Positions 1 through 9,811 of a stretch of 64,000 nt of DNA are shown piece by piece. Below the pieces are notes generated by a model that saw nothing but the letters and a program-made list of their open reading frames with translations, ran no database searches and was not told the origin of the DNA. Location: positions 800,001-864,000 of the forward strand of contig CAXXOA010000002.1 in assembly GCA_963666275.2 (NCBI GenBank), given 5' to 3'. This DNA is from Oceanispirochaeta sp. (GTDB lineage Bacteria > Spirochaetota > Spirochaetia > DSM-2461). Position 1 is the stretch's first letter, and the number at the start of each line of letters is the position of its first letter. Made by a program: the position numbers and the translations under genes.

Positions 1-414
1 CCCGCTGAAAGGGCCTATCCCGAAAACCGCAACAAACAGAGAGGCCAGTACCATGGCCGGGATGGTTCTGAAGATATTGAGAACCAGACGGAGGGGCTTG
101 CTGATCCAGGGATTCTGCAGGAAATTGCCCGCGGCAAAAACCGCAACGGGAAGGGCGATGAGAGCTCCCCAGAAGGTTCCCACAATGGCCATCCGGATGG
201 TTTCCAGAAGGGGGGTCACCACTTTGACAGAATAGGACCAGTCGGGGGGAAAGAACATCCTGTTCAGGAGCCTTTTTCCCTTATTGAAATTCTGTATCAC
301 TTCCACCGGGTTGAAACCGGCAAAAACCGCGCTTCCCACAATGAGAGCCACCACCAGAAGGATAATGGAATTTCGTCTCAGATGATTGGCTTTGGGAACA
401 ATGATTTTATCCAT
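1..414 (-). CDS. phnE: Phosphonate/phosphate ABC transporter permease (3' end runs off the window)
   Basis: Not in the ORF track. Read from the ATG at 414, which overlaps the phnC stop (TAATG): MDKIIVPK...RMFFPPDWSY...LLETIRMAIVGT...LNIFRTIPAMVLASLFVAVFGIGPFSG, typical of PhnE. Confidence 0.9.
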   Translation of the reverse strand, partial: MDKIIVPKANHLRRNSIILLVVALIVGSAVFAGFNPVEVIQNFNKGKRLLNRMFFPPDWSYSVKVVTPLLETIRMAIVGTFWGALIALPVAVFAAGNFLQNPWISKPLRLVLNIFRTIPAMVLASLFVAVFGIGPFSG

Positions 415-1193
415 TATTCGTCTCCCAGCATCTCGTCCTGATGTATCGCTCTGCCGTACACCTTTTCCAGATCATTCAGAAAGGTCTTCTTGTCAATGTC
501 TTTTATCTTCACATCATAGACAATCCGCCCCTCTTTCACTCCTACAACCCGACTGGCATAGTTCAGGGCCAGGTCGACATGATGAAGGTTCGCTATGGTG
601 GTAATGCCGTCTTCGGTATTTATTTTTTTCAGATAGTCCATAACCTGGATTGTGGTGATCGGGTCCAGAGACGCCACCGGTTCATCCGCCAGCATCAGCC
701 GGGGTTCCTGGGCCAGGGCTCTGGCAATAGCCACCCTCTGCTGCTGTCCCCCCGAAAGTTCACTGGCCCGGCTGTGTACCTTTTCCAGGATATCCACTCT
801 CTGGAGAGCCCTGTAGGCAATCTGTTTGTCCTCTTCTGGGAAAAGACCCAGTATGGTTTTCCAGGTGGGATGGTAGGCCACCCTTCCGGAGAGCACATTG
901 GTCAGTACAGAAGCCCTTTTGACAATATTGAACCCCTGGAAGATCATACCGATCTGTCGTCTTATATGGCGCAGTTCTTTTCCCCGGGCAGTGGTTACTT
1001 CGGCCCCGTCAAAGGAGACCTTTCCCGATGTGGCAGGAATGAGCTGGTTAATCAAACGCAGTAAAGTGGACTTACCCGCTCCGGACAGACCGATGACCGC
1101 AACGAACTCCCCTTCTTCGATCTTCAGATTTATATCATTCAGGGCTTTTGTCCCGTTGGGATAGACCTTACTGACTCCGGTAAACTCAATCAT
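414..1193 (-). CDS. phnC: Phosphonate ABC transporter ATP-binding protein
   Basis: Walker A GLSGAGKS, signature [15 protein letters not shown] and [10 protein letters not shown], as in PhnC; lies between phnE and phnD. Confidence 0.92.
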   Translation of the reverse strand: MIEFTGVSKVYPNGTKALNDINLKIEEGEFVAVIGLSGAGKSTLLRLINQLIPATSGKVSFDGAEVTTARGKELRHIRRQIGMIFQGFNIVKRASVLTNVLSGRVAYHPTWKTILGLFPEEDKQIAYRALQRVDILEKVHSRASELSGGQQQRVAIARALAQEPRLMLADEPVASLDPITTIQVMDYLKKINTEDGITTIANLHHVDLALNYASRVVGVKEGRIVYDVKIKDIDKKTFLNDLEKVYGRAIHQDEMLGDE

Positions 1194-1286
1194 TTTTGAC
1201 TCCTGTCATAATTGTACTTGCATATTATTAAGTAAACTCCGTAAAATTATAGCAGATTTTGTTAAAGTTTATATAGTAAGGAGAGT

Positions 1287-2213
1287 TTGATGAAAAAAAG
1301 CTTGTTTCTCATGGCTGCTGTTGCCCTGATTATGTCCTCTTTTGTATTTGCCGGAGGGAGTCAGGAATCTGACGTGAATCCGGATGTTCTGGAAGTTCAG
1401 CTGATTCCTTCCCGTGATGCGACCTACCTGGATGCCCAGAGACTTCCTCTGCAGGAGCTTCTGTCTGCCGAAATGGGGATGGACGTGAATGTGACTGTAG
1501 CAACAGACTACAATGCCCTGATCGAAGCCATGGCTTCCGAACAGGTTCATGTGGGACTTCTTGCCACCACTGCCTACGTACTGGCTGCCGATGAAGGCGC
1601 TGCAGAAGCAATCCTGAAATCTCTCCGCTATGATGTGGATGACAACGGACAGCTGATGAAAGATAAACCTATGGTTTCCGGCTATAAATCCCAGCTGATT
1701 GCCGACAAAGACAGCGGTATCGAATCCGTGGCAGACCTGAAAGGCAAAAAAGTGGCAATTTCCTCTTTTACATCCACTTCAGGATTTGTATGGCCCGCCA
1801 ACCTGCTGGCAGACAATGGAATCGATCCCGAATCGGATGTGGACTGGATCAATGCGGGTGGACATGACAATGCGGTTCTGGCTGTTTTCAACGGCGAAGC
1901 CGATGCGGCTTTTACTTTCAAAGATGCCAGAAACCTCTTTGAAAAAGAGTCTTTCTACGGTGATCTGATGGACAAGGTTGTTCTTGTTACCAATACCAGC
2001 CTGATTCCCAATGATACGATCTCTGTAATTCCCAACCTCAACGAAGACCTGAAAGAGAAAGTCAAAAAGGCCTTTATCGCCATCAGTAAAGATCCCAAAG
2101 GACTGGAAATCATCCGGGGTATCTACAACCATGAAGGATATGCGGAAGCCCAGGATTCCGATTATGATGAAGTAAGAGTCTATCTCGAAAGAAAGAATGA
2201 GTGGGATTTCTGA
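1287..2213 (+). CDS. phnD: Phosphate/phosphite/phosphonate ABC substrate-binding protein
   Basis: Signal peptide, DYNALIEAM, STSGFVWP and GGHDNAVLAV motifs of the PhnD/PtxB family; AGGAGA upstream. Confidence 0.9.
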   Translation: MMKKSLFLMAAVALIMSSFVFAGGSQESDVNPDVLEVQLIPSRDATYLDAQRLPLQELLSAEMGMDVNVTVATDYNALIEAMASEQVHVGLLATTAYVLAADEGAAEAILKSLRYDVDDNGQLMKDKPMVSGYKSQLIADKDSGIESVADLKGKKVAISSFTSTSGFVWPANLLADNGIDPESDVDWINAGGHDNAVLAVFNGEADAAFTFKDARNLFEKESFYGDLMDKVVLVTNTSLIPNDTISVIPNLNEDLKEKVKKAFIAISKDPKGLEIIRGIYNHEGYAEAQDSDYDEVRVYLERKNEWDF

Positions 2214-2242
2214 TATAAGAGGAAAACTCTGATTGTTTTGAG

Positions 2243-2276
2243 AGGGAGAGTCCTGAGGGATTCTCCCTTTTTTTTT
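2243..2276 (+). terminator. Intrinsic terminator after phnD
   Basis: AGGGAGAGTCC...GGATTCTCCCT stem followed by a long T tract. Confidence 0.8.
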
Positions 2277-3354
2277 ATTCAAGAATATTCCCGAGGTCCA
2301 TTTCCTCCAGAATCTCCCGGGTTTTGACAGGCCTTCCTTCATGGAGTGATTTATCCACAGCCAGCAGACAGGCCACAGTTACCAGCCCCTCCTTCAGATC
2401 CGGTTTAGGAGTCACCCCCTGGTGCAGGCAGCGGGCAAAGTACTCGATATAGTTCTGATACTCCCCCGCATGATGGCTGATGCCGTTGAACCGGAAATAG
2501 TAGGCCTCTTTTTTATAATGGGTAATTACAGGATCCTTTCCCTCGAGATGTTCCGCGTAGCGCAGTTCGTGGTAGTCCGCCTGGGACGAGCCTTTCTCTC
2601 CTCTGATGATGCAGCTCATGGCGCTGTCTCTCTGTTCCGGAGGGAGGGGGCAGGAGTAGGTGCCCGAGATCCTTGCAGTCCGTCCCCGGGAGGTTTTCAG
2701 AATGATATGAATAATGTCATGGTGTTTCAGGTCAAAGGAGGCACCGTTGGAACTGAGGTCTCCGTAGGCCATCACTTCTTCAATATCCTCCATATACCAG
2801 CGGATCAGATCCAGGGGATGACTGATCCCGCCGAAAAGCCATTTGAAGCCGTCGCTTCTTGTCCATGGTTTTTCAAGGAACCAGCGGTGATCGTCGTTGT
2901 AATAGGCTTCCATTGTGCAGATCTCACCCAGATTTCCCGCTTCGTAGGATTCCCTCTGTTTTATCATGGATTCGAAAAATCGGGAGGACTGACCCACCAT
3001 GACATGCTTTTTATGTGTCTCCGAAGCTGTGAGAATCTGACGGGCCTCCCCCAGATCCGTAAGGAGAGGTTTGGTACAGATCACATGTTTGCCTGCTTCC
3101 AGGGCCATGATGATATGACGGGCATGCAGAAAATCCGGAGTATAGATTCCTACCGCATCTATGTCGGGATCATTCAGAATATCCTCATAGCTGGTGGTAT
3201 AGCCCTCCAGAGAAAAAAGGCTCTGTATCTCTCTGCAGAGTTCCTCATTCAGATCGCATATCATTCTGACATCCCATAGTTCGCTGTTGACCGCTGCAGA
3301 GATGATGCTCCTTCCTTCTCCCAGTCCCAGAACTCCCAGTTTCAGTTTTTCCAT
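2275..3354 (-). CDS. Gfo/Idh/MocA family oxidoreductase
   Basis: N-terminal LGVLGLG Rossmann motif, DIDAVGIYTP and AGKHVICTKP. The start is moved to the ATG at 3354, which has GAAGGAG upstream. Confidence 0.88.
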   Translation of the reverse strand: MEKLKLGVLGLGEGRSIISAAVNSELWDVRMICDLNEELCREIQSLFSLEGYTTSYEDILNDPDIDAVGIYTPDFLHARHIIMALEAGKHVICTKPLLTDLGEARQILTASETHKKHVMVGQSSRFFESMIKQRESYEAGNLGEICTMEAYYNDDHRWFLEKPWTRSDGFKWLFGGISHPLDLIRWYMEDIEEVMAYGDLSSNGASFDLKHHDIIHIILKTSRGRTARISGTYSCPLPPEQRDSAMSCIIRGEKGSSQADYHELRYAEHLEGKDPVITHYKKEAYYFRFNGISHHAGEYQNYIEYFARCLHQGVTPKPDLKEGLVTVACLLAVDKSLHEGRPVKTREILEEMDLGNILE

Positions 3355-3436
3355 TTGCAGGTCTCCTTCTGTAGTTCTCATAATAGGGCGGAAATGTCCG
3401 GGTATCTTTGCAGAATATGCTTTATAGTTATCATAT

Positions 3437-4285
3437 ATGGCTATTCGTTATGAGTCCCTGGCTCTTCCGGAGAGGGCCGACGGGACCTTGTGGAAGTTTT
3501 CGGAATTCAAAGAGGCGAAAATTTACAAACCTCATAATCACAGGGAACTGGAACTGAATCTGGTTCTGGAAGGTAAGGGAAGCTACATTGTCGGGGGAGT
3601 CAGATACTCTCTTGAAAAGGGATCCCTTCTCTGGCTCTTTCCCGATCAGCGCCATGGGATCGTGCATTTTTCAGAGGACTTTGAGATGTGGATAGCCGTT
3701 TTCAGGCCCGGCTTTCTCAGGGCTCTCTGGGGAGAGGAGTCCCATCTTCTCCTCTCCTCCGATCCCGGATCAGTTTTTGTCAAAACCCTGAACTCACCGG
3801 TACTGGATAAACTGAATGCCCTGTACGCCCAGGTGGACAGGGAAAAGGGAGACCCGGCGCTCTACAGGGCGGGACTGGGGTATCTTCTTCTGCGTTCCTG
3901 GAAAGTTTACCGTGAGTCCGGTGAGCATCCCGAATCGGTGAATCTCCATCCGGCGGTCGCCCGGATGGTTCAGCTCCTGGGAGCATCGCCGGAGCAGGAG
4001 AATCTCTCCCGTCTGGCAGAAAAGGCGGGGCTGAGCTACTCCAGGCTCTCCCGGCTTTTTCTGCGGCAGACAGGGAAGAGCCTGATCAGTTACAGAGACA
4101 GCCTGCGGGTGGAGAAGTTCTGCGAAGTCTACCGGGGCAGCCCCCACAGAACTATCCTGGACTGTGCCCTGGAAGCGGGATTCGGAAGCTACGCCCAATT
4201 CTACAGGGTGTTCAGGAAACACACAGGACAGAATCCCGGATCTTTTCCATTTGACAGGGATGAGAATTTGTTTAATCTGCCATAA
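3437..4285 (+). CDS. AraC family transcriptional regulator
   Basis: N-terminal cupin (PHNHRELE) and C-terminal HTH ALEAGFGSYAQFYRVFRK; divergent from the oxidoreductase. Confidence 0.9.
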   Translation: MAIRYESLALPERADGTLWKFSEFKEAKIYKPHNHRELELNLVLEGKGSYIVGGVRYSLEKGSLLWLFPDQRHGIVHFSEDFEMWIAVFRPGFLRALWGEESHLLLSSDPGSVFVKTLNSPVLDKLNALYAQVDREKGDPALYRAGLGYLLLRSWKVYRESGEHPESVNLHPAVARMVQLLGASPEQENLSRLAEKAGLSYSRLSRLFLRQTGKSLISYRDSLRVEKFCEVYRGSPHRTILDCALEAGFGSYAQFYRVFRKHTGQNPGSFPFDRDENLFNLP

Positions 4286-4326
4286 CCCTGTAAGATGGAG
4301 AAAAAATACAGGAGCTTTTTGACGAT

Positions 4327-4995
4327 ATGCCCTTTGGAACACACTTGATAGAATCCCGGTCTCTGATGGAAATTAAACGGTACCAGAACAAATACTGCTT
4401 TAAAAAACGGTCTGTAGCGGAACATATGTGGTCTGTGGCCAAGATTGCCGAAGGTCTGGCTATCTGGGAGAGTAAAAAGTTCAAAAACAAGGTCGATATG
4501 GCTATGGTTCTCCAGAAAGCCATCAACCACGATATGATCGAACAGTGCACTGGGGATATCCTGGGGCCCACCAAAAAAAAGACCATGGCCATGAGAGAGG
4601 CTATTGAAGAGATCGAAGAGATGGCCTTCAGGGAAGAGATCGAAAAAGAACTGCCCAAATCCTGGCGGAGTCAGTTCCAGTCCTATATCCTGAATCCCAA
4701 GACCGATGATGTGGAGGGGCAGATCCTCCGGGCGGCGGATATCATCGATACCATGATCGAATCCATTGAGGAGATCAAGCTGGGAAATGATATCTTCAGA
4801 GGGGTTCTGCTGGAAAGTTCAAAGTCCCTGATAGAGGTGGATCTCACCAGTGTGAAGTATTTTATCAAATATGCCATCACCGACTTTGATATTGATATTA
4901 AAGAGTACTTCGGTCCTGAACTCTATGCGTTCCGTGAGACTCTGGAGTTCGATCCTGCCGTTTTTGAGGCCAACCTGGATATCCGGTTTGAATAA
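4327..4995 (+). CDS. HD-domain phosphohydrolase, YfbR-like 5'-deoxynucleotidase
   Basis: RY...SVAEHMWSV, NHDMIE, TGDILGP and RAADIID match the YfbR-type HD pattern. Confidence 0.8.
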   Translation: MPFGTHLIESRSLMEIKRYQNKYCFKKRSVAEHMWSVAKIAEGLAIWESKKFKNKVDMAMVLQKAINHDMIEQCTGDILGPTKKKTMAMREAIEEIEEMAFREEIEKELPKSWRSQFQSYILNPKTDDVEGQILRAADIIDTMIESIEEIKLGNDIFRGVLLESSKSLIEVDLTSVKYFIKYAITDFDIDIKEYFGPELYAFRETLEFDPAVFEANLDIRFE

Positions 4996-4996
4996 T

Positions 4997-5038
4997 AAAA
5001 GAGAGGGCGTTCCCATTGAACGCTCCTCTCCCTTTTAT
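4997..5038. terminator. Probable bidirectional intrinsic terminator
   Basis: GAGAGGGCGTTC / GAACGCTCCTCTC stem flanked by A and T tracts, between convergent genes. Confidence 0.65.
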
Positions 5039-5134
5039 TCCCTCTCCTCCGCCTTCGGACTCCTTACAGGAACCTTTGAGGAGAGGATGGATTTCTTTTT
5101 ATCACAGAGGTTTCTCTGAAATTGTCAGCAATCC

Positions 5135-5926
5135 CTACATATACATGGTCCGCCAGAATTTATAGTTCTCCTTTTCGATGGTGTTTAAATCCGGGATGGG
5201 AAAGAAACGGGTCCCCTTCTGGGAGGCGAATATAAAACCATGGCGGATAATAGCATAGGAGAAGGCATCCAGCCGGCTCTCCAGGGCTATCCCCTTGTTG
5301 TGTTTATCAGAATATTTCTGCAACTCATAGAACCCGTCTCTCAGCGTGGAGGGATGAATATTTTTCACAGGGCTGGGAGTGAAGGGGTTGTGTTCAAACT
5401 CATCCACAAAGCTGAGAAGGTCTATCTCAATCTGGGTATAGAACTGTTTGGGAGCGGACTTTGACTGGGCCGGATCGGTTATGTAGCGGCCGAAGGTGGG
5501 AAAGTCGTATTCCGACAGAACCATCATCCTCAAGGGGGATATTTCCGCATACAGCCGGATCTTCTCCTTTTCGTGATTTGCTCTGAGCTCCCGGGATTCC
5601 AGGCCCAGACAGTAACCTTCCTGTGTGACCAGATAGAGCTTCTGTATGGATGAGAAGTTCACATGTTCCAGAACCCTGTATGACTTGATGAATTTGGTGG
5701 CTTTGGGCCTTCCGTCTTCATGAGGGATGAGCTGGCTGTAGGCTTCTTCAATGGGAAAATACTCATTCCGGAAATCCGGATCGATCTCGGCAAAGATGAC
5801 CTTTCCGCTGTAGTGACGGCTTGAGCCGCAGGTATAATGCTTGGCAAACATCTCGGGATTGAGATGGCTGCAGATAAGAGCATTGTTCGGATAGAGCGTC
5901 ATATAAAGGTGTGTTTGGTACGGCAT
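5135..5926 (-). CDS. Hypothetical protein with an apparent two-fold internal repeat
   Basis: 263-aa ORF starting 2 nt after the hppA stop; no catalytic motif recognised. Confidence 0.75.
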   Translation of the reverse strand: MPYQTHLYMTLYPNNALICSHLNPEMFAKHYTCGSSRHYSGKVIFAEIDPDFRNEYFPIEEAYSQLIPHEDGRPKATKFIKSYRVLEHVNFSSIQKLYLVTQEGYCLGLESRELRANHEKEKIRLYAEISPLRMMVLSEYDFPTFGRYITDPAQSKSAPKQFYTQIEIDLLSFVDEFEHNPFTPSPVKNIHPSTLRDGFYELQKYSDKHNKGIALESRLDAFSYAIIRHGFIFASQKGTRFFPIPDLNTIEKENYKFWRTMYM

Positions 5927-5928
5927 AA

Positions 5929-8004
5929 TTAAATCCCCCAGTATGTTTTTAAGATCGGTGCGATAACAAGTGAAACCACTGCCATTAGCTTTATGAGAAT
6001 ATTCAGACTCGGGCCGGCTGTATCCTTGAAAGGATCTCCCACCGTATCTCCCACAACCGCTGCTTTATGGGCATCACTCCCTTTGCCATGATTGTCTCCG
6101 GTTTCTATCATTTTTTTGGCATTGTCCCATGCGCCTCCCGAATTGGCCATGAAAATGGCCAGGACCACGCCGCTGGCTGTGACACCGATCAGGACTCCCA
6201 TAAGCATCTGGATCCCTCCCAGGAATCCCACAAGAAGAGGGGTGATGATCGATATGACTCCCGGCAGAATCATCTTTTTCAGAGCCGAACTGGTGGAGAT
6301 GTCGACACATTTCTTGTAGTCCGGTTCCTCCTCTTCCAGGAGAATGCCGGGTTTTTCCCGAAACTGCCTCCTGACCTCTTCGATCATGGCGAAAGCGGCA
6401 TCCCCTATGGCATTCATTGCCATGGAGGAGAAGAGATAGGGGATTACGGCCCCCAGCAGCAGGCCGGCAATGACAGACACATCCAGCAGCTGAATGGACT
6501 CCAGAGGGAGCCCCACCTGTTTCTGGAAGGCTGAGAAGAGAATCACCGAGGTGAGGGCTGCGGAACCGATGGCAAAACCTTTTCCGATCGCCGCTGTGGT
6601 ATTTCCCACGGCATCCAGTTCGTCGGTGACTTTCCTGACAGCCGGAGGAAACTCGCTCATTTCCGCCAGGCCTCCCGCATTATCCGCAATGGGCCCGTAG
6701 GCATCCACGGCAAGCTGAATCCCCAGGGTCATCAACATCCCCAGAGCCGCAATGGCCACTCCATAGAGTCCTGCCAGAAAATTTCCAAGCATTATCGCAA
6801 TGATGATGACCACGATGGGAAGGAAGCTGGAGGCCATTCCCACACCCATCCCGGTGATCAGAGTTGTGGCTGGTCCGGTATCACAGGCTTTGACTATCTT
6901 CAGGACCGGTCTGGTACCTGTTCCGGTGTAGTATTCTGTCAGAAGTCCCAGGCTGATTCCCGCCGCCATTCCCAGGACGGCGGAGATGAAGATATTGATG
7001 TACCCTGATCCCGGGATGCTTTCGTTTCCGAAAAACAGGAAGGAGGCTACGAATGTGAAGACCGCCGAGATGGCTGCGGCGGTAAATGTCCCTGTATTCA
7101 GGGCTTTCTGGGGACTTTTTCCTTTTTTAATTCTCACAAAGCGGATTCCCAGAAGGCTCGCCAGTACCCCCAGAGAGGCCAGGACCAGGGGGAATACTGC
7201 CAGGCGGAATCTGATCTCCGAACTTCCCAGTGACGCAGCACCCAGGATCATGGCCCCGACAATGGAACCCACATAGGATTCAAAAAGGTCAGCGCCCATT
7301 CCGGCTACATCTCCCACATTGTCTCCCACGTTGTCTGCTATTGTCGCAGGGTTCCTGTGATCATCCTCGGGAATCCCTGCTTCCACTTTTCCCACCAGAT
7401 CGGCCCCCACGTCGGCGGCCTTGGTGAAAATCCCTCCGCCTACCCGGGCGAAAAGGGCCATGGAGCTTGCTCCCAGACTGAATCCTGATACAATCTGAAG
7501 GATCTTTTCCGAAAAGAGTTCAATCGTAAAATTCAGAGTCATACGGGCGGTGAGCAGTATGATAAAAATGCCCAGCATCGCAAGGCCCACCACGGACATA
7601 CCCATAATGCTGCCGCCTGTGAAACTTACCTTCAGGGCCTTTGTTATGCCCTCCTGAGCCGCGTGGGTGGTGCGGCTGTTGGCCGCAGTTGCCACTTTCA
7701 TACCAATAAAACCGGCCAGAGCGCTGGCTCCGGCACCCAGGACAAAGCTCAACGCCTGGAAACGCAGTATTCCGCGGTTTGAAACAGCAAGGAATACGGC
7801 GACGATCACGACGAAGGGAAGCAGCACAGAGAACTCTCTGCGCAGAAAAGCCATGGCCCCGTCCGAAACATATCCGCTGATCCTTTTCAGCTTTTCGCTC
7901 TCCACGGGCTGTCTGAATATCCAGCGTGTCCGGTTCATGGCATACCACAAGGCTAGTCCTGCTCCTGTCAGCAGGGCTGCCAGTCCAATATTCACCAATA
8001 ACAT
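5929..8004 (-). CDS. hppA: Membrane-bound pyrophosphatase, K+-dependent, probably Na+-translocating
   Basis: [20 protein letters not shown] and [10 protein letters not shown] motifs. GNTTAA carries the Ala that marks K+ dependence; the Glu position in DLFESYVGS matches Na+-PPases. Confidence 0.93.
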   Translation of the reverse strand: MLLVNIGLAALLTGAGLALWYAMNRTRWIFRQPVESEKLKRISGYVSDGAMAFLRREFSVLLPFVVIVAVFLAVSNRGILRFQALSFVLGAGASALAGFIGMKVATAANSRTTHAAQEGITKALKVSFTGGSIMGMSVVGLAMLGIFIILLTARMTLNFTIELFSEKILQIVSGFSLGASSMALFARVGGGIFTKAADVGADLVGKVEAGIPEDDHRNPATIADNVGDNVGDVAGMGADLFESYVGSIVGAMILGAASLGSSEIRFRLAVFPLVLASLGVLASLLGIRFVRIKKGKSPQKALNTGTFTAAAISAVFTFVASFLFFGNESIPGSGYINIFISAVLGMAAGISLGLLTEYYTGTGTRPVLKIVKACDTGPATTLITGMGVGMASSFLPIVVIIIAIMLGNFLAGLYGVAIAALGMLMTLGIQLAVDAYGPIADNAGGLAEMSEFPPAVRKVTDELDAVGNTTAAIGKGFAIGSAALTSVILFSAFQKQVGLPLESIQLLDVSVIAGLLLGAVIPYLFSSMAMNAIGDAAFAMIEEVRRQFREKPGILLEEEEPDYKKCVDISTSSALKKMILPGVISIITPLLVGFLGGIQMLMGVLIGVTASGVVLAIFMANSGGAWDNAKKMIETGDNHGKGSDAHKAAVVGDTVGDPFKDTAGPSLNILIKLMAVVSLVIAPILKTYWGI

Positions 8005-8076
8005 AGAATCTCCTTTTCCTGGAAGCCTCCGATGCCCTGCTCACCGGTGGATCCCTCTGTGTGAATAAAATTTACT

Positions 8077-8094
8077 GAGTTACTATAGTAACTC
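8077..8094. promoter_or_regulatory. Perfect 18-bp palindrome over the predicted hppA -10 box (candidate operator)
   Basis: GAGTTACTATAGTAACTC is self-complementary; the minus strand reads TTGTTT-N17-TACTAT. Confidence 0.55.
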
Positions 8095-8198
8095 CGAAAT
8101 TCCAGGGAAACAAGTTTTTTGTCGAATATGTTCTATGAAATTGATTTTTCTCTTCTTTTTCAGCTCCTATCCGCCCTTTGAGGAGCCAGAGGATAGGG

Positions 8199-8897
8199 TT
8201 AATGCACTGTCATCATGGCCCGCCAGCGGTCGTACTCTGTGTCCAGGGGAAGATTCAGGTTGTTTCTGAAAGAATCCAGCGAGGGATCGTTAAAGCGTAT
8301 GAAGGGGTTTACTTTCAGTTCATCCGCCAGGGCTGTTACAACATGGTCACGGGAGTAGCGTCGGTTGTATTCCTCTGCAAAGGGATTTCCAGGATCAATT
8401 TCCCGAACTACCCCGAGAGAGTATTTGACAAGATCGTGACCGGCGTAGATACGGCTTTCTCCGGGGAGTTCTGTCAGTTTTTTCAGAGACTCAAAGTAGA
8501 TCTCGTACTCTCCGGTATAGCAGTTGCCCACGGTACCATTGAACAGGGTATCTCCTGTAATCAGCACATCTCTCCAGGAGAAGACAAGGGAGTCCATTGT
8601 GTGGCCCGGGGTGGGGAGAATGATGATCTCTTCGTCTGCCAGGGTGAGTGCGGACATCTTTATCAGTTCCTTAGCAGGTATAAAATCCGCTGAGCTCAGG
8701 TCCAGGAGGGCCCTGTTTCCTTCGGTATGGTCATCATGGCCATGGGTATTGGTTACAACTTTCAGAGTCAGTTTCCTTTCTGACAGGAAATCGCTTATTT
8801 CCCGGACCGCTCCTCCGTCAATGACGATCGCCTCGGAATCTTTCCACAGAAGATAGGCCAGGTTGCCTTTTCCGTAGCGGAACTGGTTTATATGCAT
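8199..8897 (-). CDS. MBL-fold hydrolase, hydroxyacylglutathione hydrolase (glyoxalase II)-like
   Basis: THGHDDH, TPGHT, TGDTLF, AGH and C-terminal ELKVNPFIR. Confidence 0.85.
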   Translation of the reverse strand: MHINQFRYGKGNLAYLLWKDSEAIVIDGGAVREISDFLSERKLTLKVVTNTHGHDDHTEGNRALLDLSSADFIPAKELIKMSALTLADEEIIILPTPGHTMDSLVFSWRDVLITGDTLFNGTVGNCYTGEYEIYFESLKKLTELPGESRIYAGHDLVKYSLGVVREIDPGNPFAEEYNRRYSRDHVVTALADELKVNPFIRFNDPSLDSFRNNLNLPLDTEYDRWRAMMTVH

Positions 8898-8973
8898 TGT
8901 TTTCTCCTTTTTTTATCTAAAACAGTGAACCTCTTTATGGTTTTGTTTGAATTAGATTATCTGAAACTGTAAT

Positions 8974-9801
8974 ATGTATTATATGAAAAAATCTTCGAAT
9001 CTGCTCACAGTCCTACCCCGCAGGGGAATAACTATAATCAGCGGCTACAGAAAAAACGGGATCGACTCTTATGTGGCCCTCTATGAACTCAATACTGATG
9101 ATTCTGTATCCGTGACCTTTCCCAAAGGACACAGTTTCTCGCCCGGTCAGCCGGTCACTCTTCATTTAGATAACAGAACAGGCGTTTCCGAGTACGATGT
9201 GGATCTGAGAGTCTACAGGCTCTCTTACAAAGGAACAGTTTTTCAGGGAGATGACAAGGTTTTAACTGTGCATCCCGATGAGTATATGGTCTACTATTCC
9301 AATGGCTGTGTGCTTGAGTACAGAGCGCCCGGATTTACCTATGATACCCTGAAAAGGGAACAGGAGCTCCCCGAATCGCCAATCACCATGGATGACCTTG
9401 TCTGGGATGAAAAGGAATACGGGAATAAGCTCGGGGTTCTGGTTACAAAACTGCCCAGCAGGCCTCATTCCTCGCTGATGGCGTTCCTTTCGAATACTCA
9501 GGATGATATATTTCTCATCACCTTCAGGAGTAAGCTCAAGTCCAGAGCCCTTCATGCTGATAACCGCTGCTGTTTCGCCATTGATCACAGGGCTGAATTT
9601 GTTTTTGATAAAGCCTATGAATGGAACTACACAGTGTTAGAAGCAGAAGCCTACGGCATTTCCAGGGATAATCCCGTTTTCAAAGAGATTCAGTTCCATT
9701 TTGTTCAGAAGAACCCCTGGGAATCCACATTCTTTCTGAGCCCTGAAATTGAGATGTATCATCTCAGGCCGCAGCATATACTTCTTCCCGATACAATGTA
9801 A
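8974..9801 (+). CDS. Hypothetical protein with a pyridoxamine 5'-phosphate oxidase-like (split-barrel) C-terminal domain
   Basis: The C-half LGVLVT...RPHSSLMAF...IFLITFRSKLKSRALHADNRCCFAID resembles FMN-binding split barrels. Confidence 0.6.
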   Translation: MYYMKKSSNLLTVLPRRGITIISGYRKNGIDSYVALYELNTDDSVSVTFPKGHSFSPGQPVTLHLDNRTGVSEYDVDLRVYRLSYKGTVFQGDDKVLTVHPDEYMVYYSNGCVLEYRAPGFTYDTLKREQELPESPITMDDLVWDEKEYGNKLGVLVTKLPSRPHSSLMAFLSNTQDDIFLITFRSKLKSRALHADNRCCFAIDHRAEFVFDKAYEWNYTVLEAEAYGISRDNPVFKEIQFHFVQKNPWESTFFLSPEIEMYHLRPQHILLPDTM

Positions 9802-9811
9802 GGATTCACAT

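Noticed and set aside
1200..1222. CTGTCAT resembling half of a PHO box between phnC and phnD
   Set aside because: It overlaps the reverse complement of the phnC Shine-Dalgarno, and there is no convincing second repeat 11 nt away.
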